Source: a bacterium (GTDB taxonomy: Bacteria; Patescibacteriota; Minisyncoccia; Phycocordibacterales; UBA5272). From it: a stretch of DNA of 64,000 bases. Below are positions 57,164 to 64,000 of the stretch, piece by piece. The stretch covers positions 83,165-147,164 of the forward strand of contig JAHFMX010000001.1 in NCBI GenBank assembly GCA_023267635.1. The letters run 5' to 3'. Numbering within the stretch: the stretch's first letter is position 1; every line of letters starts with the position of its first letter. The translations under genes and the position numbers were made by a program. The notes below the pieces were generated by a model. The model saw nothing but the letters and a program-made list of their open reading frames with translations. It was not told the DNA's origin and ran no database searches.

Positions 57164-57442
57164 ATGGAGCACAAAATACATATTCATCGTCAATACGAAG
57201 CGCAAGAAGAATCAATACCAGTTGAATCTAAACGCCGAGCCCTTTTAAAGTACGTTCTTTTTGGCGGTGGATTTTTTATGTTAGGAAAAATTTTTGGCCC
57301 AAGTATAAGTATGTTCTCATCAAGCGGTGAGTTTAGTAGCACAACAGATTTTCAAAATTTTCGTGTAGTTGAGTCAGGCAAGGAGTTGCAATTTTTTGAT
57401 AAAATGGGGAACGAAATTCTTACGTTAGACAAAGAAGCATAG
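57164..57442 (+). CDS. hypothetical small membrane protein
   Basis: 92 aa from ATG 57164; one TM LLKYVLFGGGFFMLGKIFGP. Confidence 0.35.
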   Translation: MEHKIHIHRQYEAQEESIPVESKRRALLKYVLFGGGFFMLGKIFGPSISMFSSSGEFSSTTDFQNFRVVESGKELQFFDKMGNEILTLDKEA

Positions 57443-57486
57443 AATTAATTTTCAATTTCAAATTTTTAATTTTCAATCAATTTACA

Positions 57487-57855
57487 ATGACTGAAGTTAT
57501 TAAAAATAAGTATGATTTAGAGGAAAGGACATTCAAATTTGCAGAAGATGTTATAGGGATATGTAAAACAGTAAAGAAAGACATTGTAAGCACGCCTGTA
57601 ATTTCTCAACTTATTCGTTCTGCGACAAGTATCGGTGCAAATTATATGGAAGCAAACGGTGCCAGTTCTAAAAAGGATTTTATAAATAAGATATTTATTT
57701 GCAAAAAAGAAGCACAAGAAACAAAGTACTGGTTACGAATATTGGCAGTTTGCTTTGATGACAAAAAAGTAGAAATAAGGAAATTATGGAAAGAATGCCA
57801 AGAACTCACTCTTATTTTTTCTAAAATAGCAGCCTCTTCAAAGCTTAAAAATTAA
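57487..57855 (+). CDS. four-helix-bundle protein (23S rRNA IVS protein / Avd-like family)
   Basis: 122 aa; conserved RSATSIGANYMEANGASSKKDF and FICKKEAQETKYWL core typical of the family; paralog at 63190. Confidence 0.7.
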   Translation: MTEVIKNKYDLEERTFKFAEDVIGICKTVKKDIVSTPVISQLIRSATSIGANYMEANGASSKKDFINKIFICKKEAQETKYWLRILAVCFDDKKVEIRKLWKECQELTLIFSKIAASSKLKN

Positions 57856-57980
57856 AATATTTAAGCATTCATTTAAAATTAGAAATTTGTAATTGAAAAT
57901 TACACCTCTTTTATATTTCTGTGGATTTACTACGTACCACAAGGAGGTGTCCGTAGTGTATACTGAAGGGAATAAACACT

Positions 57981-58385
57981 ATGGTAAAAATTTCTGCTAA
58001 CAGATTGGATATGGAGACAAAACGTCTCGAACGTCCTCAGATGAAGAATTACACTGAAACTCTTGTTTCAGTGACTGCAACAACTACAACTATACTTGAT
58101 ATTTCATCTGGAAATGTTTTTGCTATAGCTCAAGCTGCGGCGATTACGACACTTACGATCACCAATATCCCTGCATCTGGAACCGTATGTAGTATTACTA
58201 TCATTAGAACTCATGATGCCACTAGTACAACGTATGGAATAACTTGGCCTGTAGCGTTTAAATGGGCTTCAGCAACCGCACCAACACTTACTCAGACTGC
58301 AAACTCAGTTGATATTATAACTGCTATGACCAAAGATGGGGGAACAACATGGTATGCGTTTGCTGCAGGTCTTAACATGAGCTAG
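57981..58385 (+). CDS. small Thr/Ala-rich beta-structure protein, phage tail-fibre-associated-like
   Basis: 134 aa; alternating T/I/A beta-strand pattern, WPVAFKWASATAPTLTQTAN...DGGTTWYAF. Confidence 0.5.
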   Translation: MVKISANRLDMETKRLERPQMKNYTETLVSVTATTTTILDISSGNVFAIAQAAAITTLTITNIPASGTVCSITIIRTHDATSTTYGITWPVAFKWASATAPTLTQTANSVDIITAMTKDGGTTWYAFAAGLNMS

Positions 58386-58414
58386 CCATTTAATGTCTTT
58401 ACTTCACCTTCACT

Positions 58415-61400
58415 ATGCTAGCAAATAGAACTCTTCAAGCAGCATCAAATACGGGATATCAGATTCAGCGTAGTTTGCGGTTTCGTGGTAATGTAAGCGC
58501 GTATTTAAGTAAAACTTTTGCTACCGGAAACAGAAGGACTTGGACTTTAAGTTGCTGGGTTAAGCGTGGATCGTTGAGCTCTTTTCAAACTATGTTTAGC
58601 GCTGGCACAACTTCTCCTAATTATGCAGGATTTCGCTTTACTGATACTAATGCATTACAATTTTTTGTTGGCGGCGCTGTATCTGTTAATTGTATAACAA
58701 ATGCTGTATATCGTGATCCGTCTGCTTGGTATCATGTAGTTCTTCGTTTCAATACAACTGAAGCAACAGCATCTAATCGTATTATTATCTATGTAAACGG
58801 AACTCAATCTGTATTAGGTACAGCAAATTATCCAAGCCAAAACACTGATTGGGAGGTTAATAATACGTATATTCATACACTTGCAGCACAGTGGATTACC
58901 TCTGCAACTACACATTTCGACGGCTATATGTCTGAAGTTAATTTCATCGATGGACAAGCCTTAGACGCAAACTCCTTTGGCCAAACCGACCCTGTTAGCG
59001 GAGTCTGGTCCGCAAAAAAATATATCGGCACATACGGTAACAATGGATTCTATTTAGATTTTAACGATACGTCTTCTGTTGAAGCTCTTGGGTACGACAA
59101 GCAAACAACCTCACGCACATTCTCAACTGCAGGCACATATAGTTTTACTGTGCCAACATATTCAACTAGTTTAGTGGTGAAGCTTTGGGGAGGTGGAGGT
59201 GGAGGTGGAGGTGGAGGTTCAACGTTTGGAAATAGTGGAACAAACGGAACCGCTACTACATTCTCTACTCTTTCTGCAGGTGGTGGAGGAGGAGGGACGG
59301 GTGCATGGACAGCAAACCCAACAGGATCTTCTGGTGCCGGAGGAACGGCCACAGGGGGAACTATCAATACTAATGGAAACAGTATCGCAACCACAAACGG
59401 GGCCACCACGGGTGCTGGCGCACCAAACGGTGGAGGTAATACAGTCACCGCTACTGCTAATGCGGAACACTATGCTGGAACTGTTCCTGGAGGAGCAGGT
59501 ACAGGAGGGCGTTGGGAGGGTTCTGGAAATCCAACTGGAGGAGCGGGGGGTTCTGGTGCGTATGTAGAAAAAACGTACAATGTTGGTGATTTAATACCAG
59601 GCACTGTTATGTCTATTACAGTTGGCGCTGCCGGTTCTGGTGGTTCTTCTGACGCTGATCAGGGAGCGAATGGGGCAGATGGTCGTATTATGATTATTGT
59701 AGATAGAGTTTTTCTCACTGATGTTTCTAGTGTGGCTGGGTGGACACTTAACACAGGAGTAGGGGGAACACCTTCTATTACGCTTACTTCAGGCGATACT
59801 CGTGTTGCTAATGGTTCAAATAACTCTGTCGGGTACTATAAAACAATTTCAACAGTTATTGGTCAAACATATTATGTGGAGGGGCGTATATTTAACGTTA
59901 GCGTTGGAGCGGCTGATCGCGCCGCTTCTATTGTTAAAGCGGACGTCAGTGCATTTAATGTAAACGTAGTGACTATCGGGTCTGTTCTACAGTCTTCTGG
60001 TAGTGGAACTGTTCGCGGCACATTCGTGGCTACAGCTACTACGACGTATATTTCACTTGCTGCAGATATTCTTACTTCAGGGTCTGCGGATTTTGAGGAT
60101 GTTACTGTGGGAACGGTAGGGTTTATGAATAATTGGACCCCGACGAATATAAGTCTTACCGCAGGCGCTACCTATGACTCAATGCTTGATGTTCCGTTAG
60201 GTGGAGGGGGAAGTGAGAGAGGGAATTACTGTGTTCTTAATCCTTTAATTTCACAGACATCACTTGCTTCAGGGAATCTGTATGCCTCTACTACAGGACA
60301 ATCTGGCGCTGCTGGGACAATAGTTTTTCCATATGCAAAAACAATATTTGAATCAGTGTTTGGGCTCCCCGGTGCATCAAATCATGTTGGAGTAATTCAA
60401 GCAAACTGTACACAGTCGCAACTTCAAACTATAGCGACCGCTGACGGTGTTCTTTACCGATCTGATGGGGGTATTTTTAGAGATACAGGTAGCGGTTATT
60501 CACAAATACAGACCGTTGCAAGCTACACTAACAGTGAGGTGATTGGTGTGGCTGTTGATATTACGGTACCTTCTGTTCAGTTTTACAAAAATGGTTCTGC
60601 TGTCGGTACTCCAGTGTCACTAACGGCTTCCGTATCATATTTACCATTCGTCCATTTTGGAGGGGGTACTCTTAATGCTAATGTTAACTTCGGCCAACGT
60701 CCTTTTACATATACCCCGCCTACTGGATTCAAAGCTCTTCATACGGGTAATCTTCCTATTCCAGCAATTCGAAAACCAAATCAGTATTTCGATGTTATAA
60801 CCTACACAGGAGACAGCTCTTCTTCTAGAAGTATAACTGGACTGCATTTTGCGCCAGATTTTGTGTGGTCTAAACCGCGGACAGCTGGCTCATCCTCAAT
60901 TCCGCATTGGTTGTATGATAGAGTTCGTGGCACAGGCGCCAACTCTCTCTATTCGTTGTCGACAAATAATTCGGATGCAGAATTTGACTCGTTGGGGGGA
61001 TCTGGTAATGCGACAGCCTTCACTTCTGATGGGGTAACCTTTACCTCAGGAACATCTAATAATTTTAATAGAAATGAAAGTGGTGTTTTATTTGTAAACT
61101 GGAACTGGAAAGCCGGAGGCACAGCAGTCACCAACACCGCAGGAACTATCACTTCCCAAGTGAGTGCGAATACCACTTCTGGGTTTTCGATTGTTACTTT
61201 TACAGCTCACGCTGCAGGTTCTGGTACTTTTGGACACGGTCTCGGCGTTGTACCAGCCATGGTTATCGTTAAGTCCAGAAGCAGTGTTACTGATTGGTTT
61301 GTTTATCATAAATCTTTAGGAGAAACTAAAAATGTTCGACTTAATTTGACAGATCCCTCTGATATACGGACAGGTGCTTGGAATGATACAGCTCCGACAT

Positions 61401-61810
61401 CTACTGTTGTTACTCTTGGAAGTAATTGGGCATCATCAGTTTCAATGGTTGCCTACGTCTTTGCGGAAGTTGCTGGGTTTTCAAAATTTGGTAGCTACAC
61501 AGGAAATGGAAGCGCCGACGGTCCATTTGTATATTGTGGATTTAGACCACGGTATGTGATGTGGAAGCGCACAGACACCGCTGGCAACTGGTACATGTTG
61601 GACGCAGTGCGAGGCACATCGCAGCCTATAAACGCTACACTGTATCCGAACCTCTCAAATACGGAGTACTCTGCGTCAACAGAGTTTGTTGATTTCCTGT
61701 CAAACGGCTTCAAGCAAAGAAACACGGAACCTGACAAGAACGGCAGCGGCGGCACATACATCTTCATCGCATTTGCTGAAGCTCCGTTTAAGTACGCGCT
61801 CGCGAGATAG
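58415..61810 (+). CDS. large secreted protein: LamG/concanavalin-like N-terminal domain plus glycine-rich domain (phage tail-fibre type) plus C-terminal beta-rich region
   Basis: 1131 aa; WYHVVLRFNTTEATASNRIIIYVNG (LamG-like jelly-roll); YSFTVPTYSTSLVVKLWGGGGGGGGGGS...ITVGAAGSGGSS..GADGRIMII matches the glycine-rich domain of phage tail-fibre proteins. Confidence 0.65.
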   Translation: MLANRTLQAASNTGYQIQRSLRFRGNVSAYLSKTFATGNRRTWTLSCWVKRGSLSSFQTMFSAGTTSPNYAGFRFTDTNALQFFVGGAVSVNCITNAVYRDPSAWYHVVLRFNTTEATASNRIIIYVNGTQSVLGTANYPSQNTDWEVNNTYIHTLAAQWITSATTHFDGYMSEVNFIDGQALDANSFGQTDPVSGVWSAKKYIGTYGNNGFYLDFNDTSSVEALGYDKQTTSRTFSTAGTYSFTVPTYSTSLVVKLWGGGGGGGGGGSTFGNSGTNGTATTFSTLSAGGGGGGTGAWTANPTGSSGAGGTATGGTINTNGNSIATTNGATTGAGAPNGGGNTVTATANAEHYAGTVPGGAGTGGRWEGSGNPTGGAGGSGAYVEKTYNVGDLIPGTVMSITVGAAGSGGSSDADQGANGADGRIMIIVDRVFLTDVSSVAGWTLNTGVGGTPSITLTSGDTRVANGSNNSVGYYKTISTVIGQTYYVEGRIFNVSVGAADRAASIVKADVSAFNVNVVTIGSVLQSSGSGTVRGTFVATATTTYISLAADILTSGSADFEDVTVGTVGFMNNWTPTNISLTAGATYDSMLDVPLGGGGSERGNYCVLNPLISQTSLASGNLYASTTGQSGAAGTIVFPYAKTIFESVFGLPGASNHVGVIQANCTQSQLQTIATADGVLYRSDGGIFRDTGSGYSQIQTVASYTNSEVIGVAVDITVPSVQFYKNGSAVGTPVSLTASVSYLPFVHFGGGTLNANVNFGQRPFTYTPPTGFKALHTGNLPIPAIRKPNQYFDVITYTGDSSSSRSITGLHFAPDFVWSKPRTAGSSSIPHWLYDRVRGTGANSLYSLSTNNSDAEFDSLGGSGNATAFTSDGVTFTSGTSNNFNRNESGVLFVNWNWKAGGTAVTNTAGTITSQVSANTTSGFSIVTFTAHAAGSGTFGHGLGVVPAMVIVKSRSSVTDWFVYHKSLGETKNVRLNLTDPSDIRTGAWNDTAPTSTVVTLGSNWASSVSMVAYVFAEVAGFSKFGSYTGNGSADGPFVYCGFRPRYVMWKRTDTAGNWYMLDAVRGTSQPINATLYPNLSNTEYSASTEFVDFLSNGFKQRNTEPDKNGSGGTYIFIAFAEAPFKYALAR
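59190..59222 (+). repeat. (GGAGGT)5 hexanucleotide microsatellite encoding poly-Gly
   Basis: ggaggtggaggtggaggtggaggtggaggt within the Gly-rich domain coding sequence. Confidence 0.85.
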
Positions 61811-62029
61811 GGGTCTAATTAAACCGATTACAGTTTAATTAATTTCTAATTCTCAATTTTAAATTTCTATTGAATGAGTTAAAGCTTCAATGTTTTTAAA
61901 ATTAAATTCATTAAAAATTGATTGAAAATTCAAAATTTGAAATTGAAAATTAATAAGGTATTCCAAACACGTGTGGATGTATCCAGTACTCTTGAGACCA
62001 GACCTGTTGTATACTATAAATATAAATCT

Positions 62030-63148
62030 ATGATAGGAAAAATAGTTAATTTCATCCAGTATAATAACTTCTTCACACTTACTCTTATGTTTGTGTTTAT
62101 GGGGGCAAGTGCAACATTTGCTGCAAGTCCTGATGCTCGTGCGAGTATTATTGACCAAAAGGAAACCGTTCGTTCAGTTGATAACACCTATCTTATCAAT
62201 ACCGACTTCACGCTCTTTGAGGTGGGGCTAAAAATTCAGTCTGTTAAAGAAGATGATGAGTGGTACTACATTGACTACACCTACAACACTGCGGAAGTAG
62301 TTGATTATGTGTGGATGAGGGTTGCAAAGACAGCTTCAATGAAAGTAACTAAAAAGGAACTAGGAGCCAAAGATCTTGGTCTCTATGTTGCTGAACAATT
62401 AGGCCAGGTAACTGATCAGAAACTCGCATACCTACAAGATATTCAAAAGATAGAAAAGAAAATTGGCATGACACAGAAGGTTGTTGCTACGGAGTATTCT
62501 GGTTTAGTCGGGCAGTTTTTAAGTGCTGATGAAAAAACCTTCGAAGGGTATGTTCCTGTTAAGCCGCCAATACTTGTTGCAGCCTTTGAGTCAACAGGGG
62601 AGAACACAACATTGATTGGCACAGAGTTAGGAACGACCTACGGAGTACCAACCCCAACCCCACTTTCTCCTGAACAAATACAACGATTGATTTCAGATGC
62701 TGTGCGACAGCTACTCGCTGGAGATACTGCTACGACAACTGCGTCAACCACAATTGCTGTCATTGATACACCAACAACAGGAGGAGGGGGAGGTTCAACT
62801 CCAGCAGTGTCGACAGGGACGACCACTCCAGTTGATACATCAACTTCAACACCTGTAATTGCTTCAACAACGCCGACGGTAACTGGGACGACTACTCCAG
62901 CAGTAACTCCAACTGCGTCAACAACTCCATCAACTACTGCAACAACTACACCGTCAGATCCTGTAGCAACTTCTACTCCTGCAGAACCAACACCTGTGTC
63001 TGAGCCAGTTACTACGCCTGAGCCAACTCCAACTCCAACTCCAACTCCAACTCCTGAACCTGTAGTGGAGCCTACTCCTGCACCAGAACCAACACCAACA
63101 CCAGAACCGGCTCCTGCTCCTGTGGATGCAGTCACAACAACCCCTTAA
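62030..63148 (+). CDS. secreted protein with Thr/Pro-rich C-terminal linker
   Basis: Start set at ATG 62030 (the ORF track starts 61922 inside the AT-rich repeat); signal peptide FFTLTLMFVFMGASATFAASP; C-terminal TPTPTPTPTPEP low complexity encoded by a (CCAACT)n repeat. Confidence 0.5.
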   Translation: MIGKIVNFIQYNNFFTLTLMFVFMGASATFAASPDARASIIDQKETVRSVDNTYLINTDFTLFEVGLKIQSVKEDDEWYYIDYTYNTAEVVDYVWMRVAKTASMKVTKKELGAKDLGLYVAEQLGQVTDQKLAYLQDIQKIEKKIGMTQKVVATEYSGLVGQFLSADEKTFEGYVPVKPPILVAAFESTGENTTLIGTELGTTYGVPTPTPLSPEQIQRLISDAVRQLLAGDTATTTASTTIAVIDTPTTGGGGGSTPAVSTGTTTPVDTSTSTPVIASTTPTVTGTTTPAVTPTASTTPSTTATTTPSDPVATSTPAEPTPVSEPVTTPEPTPTPTPTPTPEPVVEPTPAPEPTPTPEPAPAPVDAVTTTP

Positions 63149-63189
63149 TAATTTTTAGTTTTCAATTTAAAATTTCTAATCAATTTTTA

Positions 63190-63555
63190 ATGACTCAAAT
63201 TATAAAAAAGGAATATGATTTAGAAAATAGAACGGCAGAGTTTGGAGAAAATATTATTAGATTTTGTAGAACTCTAAAATTAGATATCATAACCACACCT
63301 CTTGTTTCTCAGATAGTAAGATCTGCCACCAGTGTTGGCGCTAATTATATGGAGGCGAACGGTGCTAGTTCTAAAAAGGATTTCAGTAACAAGATATTTA
63401 TTTGCAAAAAGGAGATTCAAGAGACTAAACACTGGTTACGGATGCTTGCAGTTAATTTGGAAGATAGAAAAGTTGAAATAAGGGTTCTCTGGAAAGAAGC
63501 GCAAGAGCTTACCTTAATTTTTTCAAAAATAGCTTCATCAACCAAAAAGGGCTAA
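63190..63555 (+). CDS. four-helix-bundle protein (Avd-like family), paralog of 57487 gene
   Basis: 121 aa; about 70% aa identity to 57487..57855 including RSATSVGANYMEANGASSKKDF and FICKKEIQETKHWL; about 40 nt of upstream sequence also conserved between the two copies. Confidence 0.7.
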   Translation: MTQIIKKEYDLENRTAEFGENIIRFCRTLKLDIITTPLVSQIVRSATSVGANYMEANGASSKKDFSNKIFICKKEIQETKHWLRMLAVNLEDRKVEIRVLWKEAQELTLIFSKIASSTKKG

Positions 63556-63695
63556 TTATTTAGTAATTATAGTTTAAAAATTGATTAGAAATTAAGAACT
63601 AAAAATTAAAAATTGGAAATCGCTGATTCTATACACAAGCTAAAGGATACAGCGCTCTTGCCTTAACCCTTTAAATACGCTATAATAAACCAACT

Positions 63696-63899
63696 ATGGT
63701 AGTACGAATGAGACACACACGAGCGCATACGGCTAATCGCCGTAGCCACCACGCGCTTAAGGCAGCAAACCTTGTTGCCTGCAAAAACTGTAACGCTATG
63801 AAGACGCCTCATCACGTTTGTGATGCTTGCGGTTATTATCGTGGCAAGAAAGTATTACAAATTAAGGCTAAAGTAACAAAAAGCGCCACCAAGGCATAA
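63696..63899 (+). CDS. rpmF: 50S ribosomal protein L32 (zinc-ribbon type)
   Basis: 67 aa; RRSHHALKA and CxxC..CxxC with YYRGKKVL; TATAAT 9 nt before ATG. Confidence 0.8.
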   Translation: MVVRMRHTRAHTANRRSHHALKAANLVACKNCNAMKTPHHVCDACGYYRGKKVLQIKAKVTKSATKA

Positions 63900-63944
63900 C
63901 AGTCTACTTAGCTCCTAAACCTTCAACTGCTCCTTTAAAACCCT

Positions 63945-64000
63945 ATGAGTACCCGTCACATTGCACGAACACTCGCCCTCCAAACACTTTTCGAACTTGA
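63945..64000 (+). CDS. 5' end of a NusB-like gene (truncated by window end)
   Basis: MSTRHIARTLALQTLFEL resembles the NusB N-terminus (AR..A.Q.L[YF]). Confidence 0.3.
   Translation, partial: MSTRHIARTLALQTLFEL

Noticed and set aside
59050-59448. Pro-rich 132-aa minus-strand ORF antisense to the glycine-rich domain
   Set aside because: GGN codons read as CCN on the opposite strand; artefact of the poly-Gly coding tract
62638-63135. 165-aa minus-strand Gly/Val-rich ORF
   Set aside because: Antisense to the Thr/Pro-rich (ACN/CCN) repeat region of the 62030 gene; compositional artefact
57443-63640. Calling the Avd-bracketed cassette a complete diversity-generating retroelement
   Set aside because: No reverse transcriptase ORF and no verifiable TR/VR pair could be identified by eye; reported only as a hypothesis in the findings

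Overview
The window reads as a gene-dense, AT-rich bacterial chromosome segment of about 40% GC with a few GC-rich islands. It most resembles a reduced-genome Patescibacteria/CPR-type organism; that is an inference from gene content (multi-copy VirB2/TrbC-like pilins, giant surface proteins, four-helix-bundle genes, split transketolase, few SD sequences). Core genes recognised: gyrA, glycyl-tRNA synthetase, rpmG plus tRNA-Trp, a pentose-phosphate/glycolysis block (gap, rpiB, rpe-like, split transketolase, PfkB kinase, class II aldolase, malic enzyme), tgt, a uvrB/uvrA/uvrC cluster with a short uvrC, class I RNR nrdA/nrdB, ddl-like ligase, a MutY/Nth-like glycosylase, pseudouridine synthase, an MFS transporter, RNase J, secG, dnaE, rnhB, tatC/tatA, rpmF and a partial nusB-like start. 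Accessory content clusters at three loci. First, 7.1-11.2 kb holds four paralogous VirB2/TrbC-like pilin genes plus two GC-rich Pro/Gly-rich membrane proteins, with a 17-bp palindromic operator over a promoter -35. Second, 51.1-56.0 kb is a 1627-aa surface protein with a collagen-like segment, about 13 copies of a 45-bp coding repeat and 8 LVIVD-type propeller repeats. Third, 57.4-63.6 kb is a cassette bracketed by two paralogous Avd-like four-helix-bundle genes and AT-rich repeats; it contains a LamG plus glycine-rich fibre-like protein, a small beta-rich protein and a Thr/Pro-rich secreted protein, and no reverse transcriptase is visible. Other notable points: a recurring TATACT box 6-9 nt before ATG (likely leaderless mRNAs); a dispersed AT-rich intergenic repeat family; a HEPN-like Rx4H protein flanked by GC-rich non-coding DNA with a candidate minus-strand sRNA; an HExxH protein inside the PPP operon; and a GC-rich reverse-oriented ORF between uvrA and uvrC. 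No CRISPR array, rRNA, transposase or integrase was seen.
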